Counted from the first letter of the stretch, positions 42,716-61,827 are shown. The stretch is 64,000 nucleotides of DNA from the human T2T-CHM13v2.0 reference genome, Homo sapiens (GCF_009914755.1 NC_060947.1); one strand, 5' to 3'. Notes: a model not told the origin generated them from the sequence alone. Made by a program: numbers and translations.

Positions 42716-42864
42716 ATCCTGTTGGTAAGCTCCGGGAGTCAGTGTAGGAGAGTTACCTTCATGGCCCCGTCTCGACCCACAAGTGAGGGAACTAGAGTAT
42801 ATTTATACATCAGTTGTTGCCATCTTCACATAAGGGCTGCTGGGAGAGGAGATGGGCATTAATT
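42716..42864 (+). repeat. 149-bp direct copy of 41774-41922
   Basis: Ungapped alignment with 8 mismatches by eye. Confidence 0.93.
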
Positions 42865-44142
42865 AAAGTATTACTTTGGCTAAGAAGGAAATTCTAAAAG
42901 CCATGCCATACAAACTCCTTATTGCCTAACTGAGAAGGCCGAGGACCAGAGAGGTATGGTGACTTGCCCAGGGTCACACAGGTGGTTACTGGCACAGCAG
43001 CCTTCAAGTCAAGGTCCTCAGGGACTGCCATGGCAGTGCACTTTTCTATTCCCTCCACACCCCCTCAAGAAGTGGTGGGAACCAAGGGACCTAGCACTTG
43101 TCTCATATTCAAATCAAATACCTACACTAGTTTAGATAAAATCCCCTTCTCATCTCTGCCTCCTTCAACTGCACTATTCATCAGTAGTACTGGCACAACT
43201 GAAGTAGCCAAACCACCCCTTTCAGAAGAATTAAAAACCTGAACCTCATGTTCTCTGAATAGCAAGTTAAAATGAAGTGTAATAGCAAGTTAAAATAGCA
43301 AGTTCAACTTGAGCAAGTTCAACTTAAGGCACAAGTGGAAAAGTTTTTTAGGCAAAGGATCTATAGGTCAGCTGACCGAGTTTTCTAGTTCTGGCTGAGC
43401 CGTAGTCAAATTAGGGCAACAATTATGTGATCCAGGGCAGCAAAATTCAATTTTGCCAACAACACTGAGATTCCTTGAGGCAGCCCTTTAAAGATGACAT
43501 TAGAGACAGGATTATTTCCTATGTGTACAAATATGGCTGGGAAGAATAACACACACACGGAGATATAAGCTGATGTGTGATTCATTCTATTCTGAAAACA
43601 AATTTTCCTGTTATTATATATCTATATTTTTTAGAAAGAGCATTATAAAAACAGCAAGAGAATGTAATCGAAAAAGAAATGAAACGCCGCAAGTCTTTTT
43701 TATGATGTTTTACACACAAAAAGAAAAATAACTCAGAGAATCGTCAGATTTCTTAGAAGATGCAGTAAACATATTGTTAGCATCCCCATGACTCACTATC
43801 AAGATGTTGTCTGCAGGGAGGTGGGGCCGGAAAGCTGTCGCCAAATTCCAGTCAATGATTTATAGTATTTGTGACTACCACATGCAAAGAGTGTCAGCTG
43901 GCAATTTATTCTAGCTGATGTAATTCGACAGAGTTTTCTTCTTTTTTGACAACCAGTCCAGTAAGTAAGGTTAACACATTTCACCTCTAATAATCACAGG
44001 TAAACCTAGCAGTGGAGTTTGGTTCTGTCTTAGTCATGCCTATGTGTTGGTTGTGTTTAAACAGATCCAGCAAAGCAGTTCATGGCAGCCATTCAGACAT
44101 TCAGACACTGTGACAGAAAGGAGGGAGTCAAAGGGAGTAGAA

Positions 44143-44329
44143 CAGTGGTTGTCAAACTTCAAGGTACATCACAATCCTCTGGAGGACGTGTTAAAACACA
44201 GATGGCTGGCTTCGCCCCCTGAGTGGCTGACTCAGTAGGTCTGAAGTAGGCCTGAGAATTTTCATTTCTAATGAGTTCCCAGGTGATGTTGCTGTTGCTG
44301 GTGGTCCCAGGGCCACATTGAGAACCACT
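44143..44329. mobile_element. MER5A-like DNA element
   Basis: TIRs cagtggttgtcaa ... ttgagaaccactg. Confidence 0.85.
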
Positions 44330-44477
44330 GGAGTGGAACCTGGTCCTGTCCCATCTGGCAAGTGACACAGACAAATGGAGGTCCACAGCTGGAGCCAATA
44401 CTCTTTACTCTCTGGAAAGTTGAGTGAGTGCAGAAGTATGAGAGGGAGGAATTCATTCTGCCATAGGTACCAGCAAG

Positions 44478-44544
44478 GATATAGATATAGATATAGATAT
44501 AGATATAGATATAGATATAGATATAGATATAGATATAGATATAG
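44478..44544. repeat. (GATATA)n hexanucleotide microsatellite, about 11 units
   Basis: Direct observation. Confidence 0.95.
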
Positions 44545-45399
44545 TGACTTTTGAACTAGGCACTGAGGTGGAGAAAAATTCCTTCACGGGGAGAAGAGCC
44601 AGGGAAGGGGACTTCAGGCAGAGGATGGGTAAAGGCAAATGGTCTTTGGGATTGATCCTAATATGCTGGAGTAATAGAATGGCTACTCCTTTTATAACTA
44701 TCTACATGAAAGGGCCCATAAGTCTGTTTAATCAAACATTCACATTAACTACCTGAGGTAATTGCACATGTAGAAAAAACAGTAAAAGAAGTTGACAGGG
44801 AGGGCTTCCTGGCATTCACTCCAACTGATTCTCCGCTGTTGTCTGCACTTTCTCAATGCAAACGAGAGTTGCATGAATATTTTTCTTCAAAGGCAGAATA
44901 AATTCATCTTAGCTGAGAGGGCTTGATTATGCAGGGAAGCTTGGTTGTCCTCTTTTAAAATGATCAGAGTCCAGCAGTGGCTTATAGGCAGCTTCAATGG
45001 TGCCAAACAAGCAACAAACATGTGTAGGTTGGATCCATGTCCAAGCTGAATTACCTTAAGCAACAGTCATAACCTCCCTGAACCTTAGTTTACTCATCTA
45101 TAAAATGGAATAATAATATCTTGCCCCTAACATATGTTACCTGGGACAAAATAAGAAAGGCAATCCTGAACTGTAAAGTGCTAAGACAGTGATTATCAGA
45201 GTGTGCTCTTGGATGGCTTTCAGCCTTTGATGTTCAAAGATTTAGAAAATCTGTCTGAGTGATAGTTATGATTATAATTGCAGACTTTACCATAGAACAC
45301 TATAAAAAACAACCTGGAATAAACGGCTTGCTGTAAATTTGTTCATTTGAAGACAAAAATATTCATATATGTGGTTTAATTTAATATATAGAGACTGTT

Positions 45400-46086
<687 letters not shown>

Positions 46087-46478
46087 CTCCAGACTTCTTT
46101 TAAGTGAAAAAAACAACAAAAACAAAAAATAAAAAACAACTTTTATCTGACATATTCAACCATTATTATTTTCCTATATTTGTGGCTGAACTTTATCTTA
46201 TTCAATACACATGACTTAAATTACCTGTTTCTAATGGTTGTAGGACTTCATTATCGCTGCACTGTCACATCACTACATGTGTGACAATTGGTCTCCTCTG
46301 ATGGTATTGGCATCTCAATTCACATTCTCCAGATGCATTAAAAAACATTCGTGATCCAAGAACTGTTCCATCTAGGTGCTGAGGGTCAGGCTTAACTTGA
46401 CTTCCTTCCTAGTATCTTACCTGTCAGTAGACTTTGATGGTACGTATTAATAATATATCCTGATACCAAATTCAAGAC

Positions 46479-47080
<602 letters not shown>

Positions 47081-49017
47081 ACATCAAGAACTTTTTCTTT
47101 CCTTCCTTCTTGTGTCCTAAAGATTTCTTGAGAGACCCTGTGCCCTGATGTTTCCACCTTCTTCCCTTCAAATGCTGTTTGAAGAGAAGATGCTGATGTA
47201 TTCCTAATTATGTTAATACTGCTCAATGTGATCATTTTCCCTAGGGGGTTGTCATTGTAATAGGCAGTCTATACATACTCATTGTAACATTGGGGTGGTG
47301 GTATTTTAGGCACCTGATAGTGGTTGTGGGATATATTCTTTTGGACAGTGTAATTTTCCTGGTACCCATGAGATCTCATCTCATAGATGGTTCCCTGAAG
47401 GTAAGGCTGGCCATATTTGTCCAAGAATGTTTCATTCAACAGCCAATCTCAGTGGCTCTAATGGCCCAATTTTCCCAGACTCCAATTAGCACTAGATGAA
47501 AAGTACTCCATATGTGGGGATCGTATTTCTGATGTCCTTTGTTTCTCCCTAGCTCCTGATACACACAGTAGGGACTTGATAAATGCTCTCATTAGTGAAT
47601 ATGAGAGATCAGTACAGGTGCATCCATCAGGCAGTGATTGTTTGGGGTTGTTACAGCAGATGACTGCCTTAGCCCTAATAGAAAATCCTCCTGCAGTGGA
47701 TGGACACAACTTTTCAAGGAGATCAGCCCCTATCTCAATGGAAAATGCTTTCTTTAGGTAATTGTGCTCAAAATGGTATATTTTATCTGGCTTTTTGAGA
47801 AACATGCACTTAAAAGGAACAAAACAGAATATTGCTTCATGGCTCAGGCAATATATCTCTGTCTCTATTGTTTGTTTAAGTCTTATTAGGATCAGTCATG
47901 CCATGAATTATTCCATTTCCCATTTCTCCCTGCCGTTATACTTCTAAGTGTTTCAGAAATAAAGCCAATTTTTTTTTCATTTTACTTTTTTATGGGAAAG
48001 TGAAAGTATTGAGTATGACAAGGCCTGTCATCAACTAATGAGAAATGGCTCTTGGGGCACTTTTGACTATTATTAAGATGATGTTTTCCCTTCTGAGTAT
48101 GAGCAAGAAACTGAGATGTATGGACTGTAAACCAAAACAATGAAGGACCATAGAGAATACAGTAGCCACAAAAATTGGGTTTATAAATTTAGGCTTGGGT
48201 TGCTAACATTTTCAAAGGCATCTTGAAAAATTTCCTTTAAAGAAAAACAGAGAAAAGCAAAGAGACATGAGGGAAGTGAGATTCAGTATATCATGAGGTT
48301 TATTACTTTTCAGTAGGCTTCTTGCATTAGTGACACAATCTTTCCACAAAGAAAAAATTTCCTCTTATTGTTTATCAAAGAACCTGTAGAAAAGTCATTT
48401 CCAGATTAGTTTCCAATGACAAGATGAAAATCATTAGCATGATATGCACGCATAAGTAATGCATTGCTGCAAAATGAGACTGGGTATCACACTACAGACA
48501 TGGGGTGATGTATTAGAAAGCCACTATAAAGTATTGAACAGTTAAAAGCACCATTTTCCTTGTTCTTTTTTTGACAACGTAATGAAAAGTTTCAAAGCAC
48601 TGTTATCTTTCAGATTATAGTACCACTTTATTTTTATAATTTCTTTTCTCAATAGATCTTTAGGTATATGCCAAAAGTTACAGGGATGAGAATGGGTATG
48701 AACATAAAAACTCAAAATCAAAACTGTCACAACTAATGCTTGGAATCTTGAAAGTTAGAGCAGATCCTGAGTTATGAATTGCAATTTTGTGTGGAAACAA
48801 TCTATCAGCAACTGAACGCTGAGTAGCAACTGCTCTCCAGAAAATAGCTTGCCTCTTTTGGTATAGCTATACTTAAAGGATGAAAGGTCATCCAAAATTG
48901 TGGAGGCATGGAAGCAGGAATATATGGTTAGGCTTTATTACAGATGCTGACATCATATCTGGTCCTGTCATTTTTACCTACATTTCCATCTAGAAGGAAT
49001 TCAACATTTATCTAGGC

Positions 49018-49190
49018 CAGTGCTTCTCAAACTTTGATATGCTTATGAATCATTTGGAGATCTTGTTAAAATGTAGATTCTGACACAGCAGGTCTGGAGT
49101 GGATGCTGAGATTCTGCAGGTCTAACAAGCTCCCAGGTAAGGCCTCTCCTGCTGGTCTGTGGAGGACATTTTGAGTAGTAGCAAGGTATA
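49018..49190. mobile_element. MER5-like DNA element
   Basis: cagtgcttctcaaacttt...gaatcatttggagatcttgttaaaatgtagattctga...ctaacaagctcccaggt. Confidence 0.8.
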
Positions 49191-52100
49191 AGATCAGTTT
49201 TGGTATTTTTGCCTATAGTTTTTAGATATCCTAGTTTTTGTAATTAATTATGTCACAGGTAAATTGTTAGCAATACTAGTTAAATAACCAAGATTTCCTG
49301 CCAGTCTATTTCTATGATAGCTGCATCTATGGTACACTTCTATGTGTATTTCTATGCCTATTTTATCTATATCTTTCAATGGAAATAATTCACGGTTATC
49401 CCCTTAATAATGTTACTCTCCTTGACATCTAGCTTCTGATATGCTATTCTTAGTGAAAGAAAAAAAAAAAGGTAGATTCCTGCCAGACAATTACACATAG
49501 GTCTGGTTATGCCTCTTGGAATGTATTACACATGTGAATGTCATCTTCCATAAGTGTAGAAAATATTGGGAATTGCTAGTCTAGTTCAGTATTTCAACTG
49601 AAGCTTTTATTTCCTTTATAACATGCCCATTGCTTAATCTTGGCTTGACAGTCCCAGTAATGGGCAACTCCACATTCTAAGTCACCGTATCACATCTTTG
49701 AAGAGCTCTAAGGATTAGAAATCCTTCTTTATATTGAACAATCATTTTATTGTCTTGTAGCCTCTATCTATTACTTGTAATCCTATTATTTAAAATGGAA
49801 AGGAGAAAATCTACATTTCTTTATGAGAGGTTATCAATTATCAGCCATCAAACCCGCCCTAGGTTTCTTGTCTCCAAGTTGGAGACACTTCAGGTACTTC
49901 AACTCCATTACAAATGCATGATGTGAATACTCAGAGTGGGCATATGGGATAAAATATGCTTTTTTTTCTGCTCCATATCCCCCATTTCCAGATGTTCCTG
50001 TGTCTCCTCTCAAACATACTTTCAGGAAAGGCTGTGAAAAGGTTTTCTCCCAGCTCAGCTTCTCAGCCATCTATTTCCCCTCCCTGAGTAGCACATTAAT
50101 CCTATGTGTCTGTGTGTGTATTTCTTTTGAACATAAATGCATATTAGTGCACAAAACGTTTTTTAGGGGGTGACATTTACAGTGCATTTAATTGATTAAA
50201 TGTGCTTTAATTCATTTAAACAGTCCTTATAAAAGACATGTGGACTATTTTCAATATTTTACTCTTAGAAACATTCTGCATGAATACTTGGAATTGCTTA
50301 GTCAATTGCTATATTCATTTTTAATTTTGACAGATATTGACAAATTGCCTTATGTAGAGTTCTAACAAACTTAACTCCTAACAACACTGAATGAGAGTGT
50401 TTTCCACAAGCTTGCTACCACAGTTTGTTATAAAGGTTTTAGTTTTTGTCAAACTGGAGGATAAAAAAATGTCGATGTTGTAGTGGCCAAAAGAAACCTT
50501 CCCCTTCACTCTCTGAATGTTCACTGAAAATCAACTGACAAAAGGAAGATTAATAGGAGAAAAGACTTACAAAATGTATTAACATGCACATATGTACACG
50601 AGAAACATGTAAAATATGAAAGCTCAAAGAAAGGGCCAGATGGTTGTCTCTATTATACCATCTTGAGGTTACAGAAGAATAGGGGATTGGAGCATGGGGA
50701 GACAAGCTAAGGGAGGGAGAGAGAAAGAAAGGCAAGGAGTAAAGGCAGCCTTGTTATGTAGATGAAGACTCACAGGTAGCAGCTCTCAGAAAAAATAAGT
50801 GGCAGCCTGTGGTCGAGTTAATCATTACCAGATCTGGATAAAGGGGAGGACCTCAGAAAAAGTCTGGCTGTTTATTTCACTAATGTAGATTTTTCTCTAC
50901 AGATGCAAATCTACTCCACAAAAGAAAGCTTTTCAGGGCTATTCCTGTCTGCAGGCCCTCTGAACAGCCATCCCAAAATATGTCAAAAAAGTATATTTTG
51001 GGGTAAAATATTTTTGGTTTTTATTAGTCCCCCATTTAAAACTTTATTTTTAGAAAGTTTCACATATTAAAGCCCAAGTGACTAGCTTTAGAGAGATTCA
51101 GATAAGAGATGTGAGATTGGCAATATGGGAAGGACAACACAGATTGGAACAAGCAGCCCATATCTTCTCAAATCAGTCTTAGTCCTGCAAATAGGTCAGT
51201 TCTGTTAAATAGCTGTGTCTCATTTCAGAAGGTGATATTGCAGATGAACTCTCAAAGGGAGGCCTCTGTTTATAATGCAGACAAACAGATCTTCAATAAG
51301 AGGTATTTCTGTGGAAACAGAAGAAAAACAAAGATTGATATCTAGAGTAGTCTATAAACTAGTTTTTTTCTAGAGTTTCTGAAAGATCCTCAGTAGAAGT
51401 GGGCAAGTAGTAGCAATATGACAGATTTTCCCGGATAGTACTTCAAATCAAGTGTTGCCATGAACTTTGGAGTAGTTGATGCATCAATGGGAATTAAATT
51501 TGTTTCTATGTAGGTTGCTGTGGTGATCTCTCCCTAAGTTTATATAAACTTGTCTAGCTTCAGTTTATAGGATTTAAAGAAAAGAACAATTTTAATTTCT
51601 AGTGATTTTAAGTCAGAAAAGTGGAAGGAAATTTGGAAACATTAGTCTGGAGATTCATAGCCAGATACTACAGAGAAATAAAATTTAGGATTTAGTCCAG
51701 ATTACAGATAAATAATAATTATGGTGGAGAACATATACCAGGGCATGTCAGAATTATAGGACTCTCATATAATTTTGGAGCACATTATATTAATAACACA
51801 TTTATACAAATATATCTCAAGGAAAGTTAAGCATAATTTCTTATTTGACAATGCTTCCTACATAATTTACCATATCAAATAAGCCTGTTTATTATTCAAA
51901 AAGTAAACCAAAGTATTTTATTATTTCTTATTAATACTATATGAAAATCTTATTCAAAAAGAAAAACCAAAATCTAATTGTGTATTAGTGTATTTTTGAT
52001 ATTACGGCTCAATATAAAAACACTTAAAATACACATATTTAATTTTAGTCAGTTTAACCACACAAGTTTTTCCCCAATTTTTGATATTCATTTAGTTTTA

Positions 52101-54168
52101 TCTATATCTTTTTTCTTCATTTTGAAACAACCTTTAAACGACCTCTAAAATAGATAGAATTATTTTTTTCTCAACAAGCAGAAATCCTCATGCCTTTATA
52201 ACTTTTCTTACCAAAAACATAACTTGCTTTTCTTGTACACTTTATGTAAAGAGTTATTTCTCTTATTTTAATAGCTTTAATCACATATATCAATTTGGAT
52301 TTTAGCCATATAAAAATAATATGTCAAAGGATATAAGCCTAAACTTATATTTAATCATCAATGTTTCTGTATGTTAACTTACTTAGAAGTGATTATCTGT
52401 TACTTAGTTACATATTAAGTAATTACTAATGATTACCTATTAGTTACATATTAAGTAATTACATGTTAATAACATTGACTTGAAGATCTTAAATTACTGA
52501 ACAAAATTTTCAAATGATGACAGTTACCCTTCCTAGTGTCTCCCCCAGTTGTGCTGGGTCCTGAATACCCACGTGGCACCTAGGATAGCTATGAAGGGCA
52601 GGGCTTATCTGGATCTTGAATTCGCATACCAGGTGTAATGCTCAGGAGAGGGAACAGAGATGTGAAGAGGATGTATCGAAGATCTGACCCCTCCTAGCAT
52701 GGCCAGGAGGCACATCTGGGCCAGAGAGGATGGGACTATATTGAGCTTAGCTCTGCCCTGTAGCTCTTGGTCCAGGCACTGAGGACATGCATATGTCCTC
52801 AGGCCTTACCATGGCCATCTGTCTAGACCTCAGAATCTAGAGGCTCAAAACCAAAGATATAAGCTCACAGTAAGATGTGTACCTGTGTACCAGGCTTTGT
52901 GGGAGCACAGCAGCCAGCCCTTATAGCTTTAGCTTATAGACAAAGTAAGTAAGTATCAAAAACACTGCAGAATGAGCAGTTTTATGACTTTAAAAAATGT
53001 AATAGAGACAGCATAAGCCTGTCCAACAGTAGACACAGGTAAAAATGTCTGAATTATATTTGATACTGACAATTATGAAGACATTCTTATTTTGTCAACA
53101 ATTTTAAAACTAGCTTTATTTGCCAAAGATTATCTCAGATTACATAGAAATATCACATACACATAACACACATAGACATATAGACATACAGACACAGCCA
53201 GAAACATATCTTTTAGTTTTCATTAAGATTCTTTATTTGCCAGCTTCTTTCTCCCATTCAGGTAATCAATCTTTCAATTACTTGTTTCTTGCCCTAAGCA
53301 ATTGTTAACTTGGAAACCCTAAATTTGCCCTTCTAAAGGGATGATTTTTGGGTAAAACAAGGTAGAAAATTTACATATCAAAGACATTGAACTTAGATCT
53401 AAACATTATTATTTGCCAAGACAAAGAAGGGTATAGTTAAAGTCCCAGTTAAGGCAAGATAGCTAGGAAAAGTACCTTAAACAAAGGTAAGGTTTATTAT
53501 GTAAAGTTTAAGTCAATGCCTTTCTCATAGTAAAAGCTTCTAGTGGTTGAGCTACAGAGAGGGCGATGCTCTTGCACATGAAAATTTTTTTATATATGTA
53601 AATTTATTTGACAAACAGCTTAAAAATAGCCACCCAGATGTCAGAAGGTTGTGCTTTGAAGATCAATTTAGTTGGATAGGTGGATTTTTAATTTAGTTTC
53701 TGTTTCTTAATGGTATTACTGAATTCAGGGCAGAGCCCATGAATAAATAAAGCTGAAACCACTCACAACTTTAAGTCTCCATGAGGAAGACAGGTGACAT
53801 ACATAAGGTTCAGTGGCACTTTGGCTGTGTTCCTCAAGGAGTCTCAGAGCCTCTAGAAGTCTCTTTTAGATTCCTTTATGTGATAACCAGAACTCTTATG
53901 TGTCCTTTCAGTAATTTTTCATCCATTGACTACCAAATGGAAGAAATAGAGACTTGAAGGGGGAACATATCGATGACTAAAGGAAAGTGGACAAAAGATC
54001 AAAGTTGGCAAAAGAAGGAGCCAAGGCAAATAAAAGAATGGAGTCCTGGAGAAGCCAGTTTGGAAAGCTTCCTAAAAAGGCCAATGAAATTTTACATTTT
54101 TTGTTTGTTTTGAGCAACAATTATGCCAACAAGAAAGGAAGCAAACAGAGGGACTGAACACACAATTA

Positions 54169-54504
<336 letters not shown>

Positions 54505-55080
54505 TCAATTAAAAAAAAATTTCCATGGGAGAAGTAGTATCCAAAAGAGTACAGAGAAGTATATACATATGTGTGTGTGTGAATCTATAGTCTGAATATC
54601 AGCTTTTAATTAGGCCAATTTGTGACCATAGAGCTCTTAAAAAATATTTTCAAATCTCTCATGATCAGATTTTAGTTGGGACAAACAGCAAATATTCCTG
54701 TCTTTTAAACATGTTTTCTCTTCTTTCTTTTAAACCAAAGATATTTACCAAGTGACTGAAAACCAAAATCAATTAGCCTTTTGTGACTTAACCAACGACA
54801 CATGAGGCATCTCCAAAGAAGGGCAAAGAGCAGTTTTTTTTTTTTTTTTTTTTAACAAATACAGAGCCCCTGCAAAGACACCTAGAAGAAAAAAGAGGCT
54901 TAGAGACAACCAGAAAAACAAAAGCTATCCATAGAAAGGGAAAGGATCAGTAACAACTGGGTACTACAAAAAGCTAAGAGTCACACAAATATAAATTCAA
55001 AACAAATAATTCAAACTAATTCTTATAAATGTTTTTTTTTTTTCTCCCAACTTAAAAGATTTACATCTCCAAGAGACTGA

Positions 55081-55151
55081 TTCCCTGACAGAGAATTGAA
55101 ACCCAGGCCACAGCAGTGAAAGATTGGAATCCTAGCCACTAGATTACAGGC
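55081..55151 (-). pseudogene. Degenerate tRNA-Glu(TTC) copy inside the ERV internal region
   Basis: Minus strand reads cctgtaatctagtggctaggattccaatctttcactgctgtggcctgggtttcaattctctgtcagggaa, collinear with tRNA-Glu TCCCTGGTGGTCTAGTGGCTAGGATTCGGCGCTTTCACCGCCGCGGCCCGGGTTCGATTCCCGGTCAGGGAA. Confidence 0.8.
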
Positions 55152-56447
55152 TGGAGTGCTTTTTATGTAACTCCACCGCGGAATTCAAAGCAGGCAGTTA
55201 GAGCATACAGAGGATTTTAAACTTCGTTTTAAATATAATTTCTGCCTTTTTGTGATATTGCCAAGGGAGTTTCTAAAAGCTATATTCCTTTTGTGTCTTT
55301 TCATAGCTACCTATAAGATAGCTGTTTAAAACAATAGCACTCCAAAAGGTTTTTTTTTTAATATAGCTAATTTATTTATTCCATAAGTGACTTAAGTCAA
55401 TGAGTGTTCTTAATGAAAGTCTCAGAGGTAATTTCTCAGGTTTAGAATACCATGGACATAAGTGGTGTTTTTAAAATGGCACAGAAGATGCAACCCCCCA
55501 TGATCCCAAAGACAAATTTACTGCCAGATATAAGCTAAGATAGCAAAAGAATCTTGTTGTTATAGATGGTTAAGGATGGTGTCTCCAGTATTTCACAAAT
55601 TCACAGGGGGCTGCCAGTCATGAACCCATTAATCCATGACATCAGGTAGGCCTTCCTGGGATTGGACTTTCCCAGGACTAATCAGGCATCAAAGGTTGAG
55701 ACAACAAAAGCCCCTTTTGGACTGGACTTCCTATTATGACAAACTTTCCTGAGAGCTTACCACATTCAGAACAAAGAGTGTGCTCCTTAATATCTTATGT
55801 GTCTTGGGGTTCTTAGTCATTTCAGACTGGCAACTGGACGTTACCCAAAAATCACACCCTCTGATGGAAGAGACCAAGAGAATGTTCCCTCTTGGTCACA
55901 TGTCAAGCTTTCAAGGACATAAAAGAAGATGAAAGGTCCTCTATGACAAACGACACAGAAAGACAGTGACAAAGGAAAAACTAAAGACTGCTTCTGAGAG
56001 GAAAAGGATCAGACAATATAAATGTCATACCAAAAAATACACCTGAGTTGCTACACTTAAGACTAGTCCATATAAATGTTTTTCTCACATTAATCTTAGT
56101 TTTAGAAAAGGAGAAATACACAGTTATTTTTACCATTTGCTTGACCAGATTCTACAGATAGACTTTCAGAAATCTGACTGGTAAGAAATTCTTATGCTTC
56201 TGCTGACTTGTCAGATACTGGCTTCCCTTGACTGTGGCTTCCAGAAGAGGAGAGGAGTTTTAGTTATTCTACTCATAGTGCCAAAACTGTAGGGGCCAAG
56301 GGAAATCTGTCCTTTTGTCCTCTGAACATTCAATGAAAGTCAACTGACAAAAGCAGAAGAAGAAGAAAAGGCATACAAAATTTATTAACATGCCCATGTG
56401 CATGAGAGTCATACAACATATAAAAATTCAAAGAAAGGGCCAGATGG

Positions 56448-56747
56448 GGCCGGGCATGGTGGCTCACGCCTGTAATCCCAGCACTTTGGGAGGCTGAGGT
56501 GGGCGGATCAGGAGGTCAGGAGATCGAGATCATCCTGGCTAACATGGTGAAACCTTGTCTCTACTAAAAATACAAAAAATTAGACAGGCGTGGTGGCGGG
56601 CACCTGTAGGCCCAGCTACTCCAGAGGCTAAGGCAGGACAATGGCATGAACCTAGGAGGCGGAGCTTGCAGTGAGTCAAGATTGTGCCACTGCACTCCAG
56701 CCTGGGCGACAGAGCGAGACTCTGTCTCAAAAAAAAAAACAAAAAAC
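56448..56747 (+). mobile_element. AluY-type element in an LTR
   Basis: 15-bp TSD gaaagggccagatgg at 56433-56447 and 56748-56762. Confidence 0.93.
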
Positions 56748-56926
56748 GAAAGGGCCAGATGGTTGATGATCTTTTTTTTAATTATACTTTACGTTCTGGG
56801 GTACATGTGCACAACGTGCAGTTTTGTTAGGTATTTCTCCTAATGCTATCCCTCCCCCAGCCCCCCATCCCCTGACAGGCCCAGGTGTGTGATGTTCCCC
56901 ACCCTGTGTCTGTGTGTTCTCATTAT

Positions 56927-60741
<3,815 letters not shown>

Positions 60742-60748
60742 TATGATG

Positions 60749-61827
60749 CTAGCTGGTTATTTTGCCCATTAGTTGATGCAGTTTCTTCATAGCATTGATG
60801 GTCTTTACAATTTGATATGTTTTTTGCAGTGGCTGGTACCAGTTGTTCCTTTCCGTGTTTAGTTCTTCCTTCAGGAGCTCTTGTAAGGCAGGCCTGGTGG
60901 TAACAAAATCTCTTAGCATTTGCTTGTCTGTAAAGGATTTTATTTCCCCTTCACTTATGAAGCTTAGTTTAGCTGGATATGAAATTCTGGGTTGAAAATT
61001 TTTTTCTTTAAGAATGCTGAATATTGGCCCCCACTCTCTTCTGGCTTGTAGGGTTTCTGTGGAGAGATCTGCTGTTAGTCTGATGGGCTTCCCTTTGTGG
61101 GTAACCCAATCTTCCTCTCTGGCTGCCCTTAACATTTTTTCCTTCATTTCAGCCTTGGTGTATCTGACAATTATGTGTCTTCGGGTTGCTCTTCTTGAGG
61201 AATATCTTTGTGGTGTTCTCTGTATTTCCTGGATTTGAATGTTGGCCTGCCTTGCTAGGTTGGGGAAGTTCTCCTGGATAATATCCTGAAGAGTGTTTTC
61301 TAACTTGGTTCCATTCTCTCCGTCACTTTCAGGTACACCAATCAAATGTAGATTTGGTCTTTTCACATAGTCACATATTTCTTGGAGGCTTTATTTATTT
61401 TCACTTTTTTTTTCTCTAATCTTGTCTTCACGCTTTATTTCATTAAGTTGATTTTCAGTCACTGATATCCTTTCTTCTGCTTGATCGAATTGGCTATTGA
61501 AGCTTGTGTACGCTTCATGAAGTTCACGTGCTGTGTTTTTCAGCTCCATCAGGTCATTTATGTTCTTCTCTACACTGGTTATTCTAGTTAGCCATTCCTC
61601 TAACCTTTTTTCAAGGCCTTTAGCTTCTTGTGATGGGTTAGAACATGCTCCTTTAGCTCGGAGAAGTTTGTTATTACCCACCTTCTGAAGCCTACTTCTG
61701 TTACCTCGTCAAACTCATTCTCTGTCCAGTTTTGTTCCCTTGCTGGCAAGGAGTTGTGATGCTTTGGAGGAGAAGAGGCTTTCTGGTTTTTGGAATTTTC
61801 AGCCTTTCTGCTCTGGTTTCTCCCCAT
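60749..61827 (-). pseudogene. L1 ORF1, frameshifted
   Basis: MGRNQSRKAENSK, KRPNLHLIGVPE, YPAKLSF; split over three ORFs. Confidence 0.95.

Noticed and set aside
44453-44638. (IS)n-repeat ORF
   Set aside because: Translation of the (GATATA)n microsatellite.
55081-55151. Functional tRNA gene
   Set aside because: B box is disrupted and stems are broken by CpG decay; kept only as a tRNA-derived relic.
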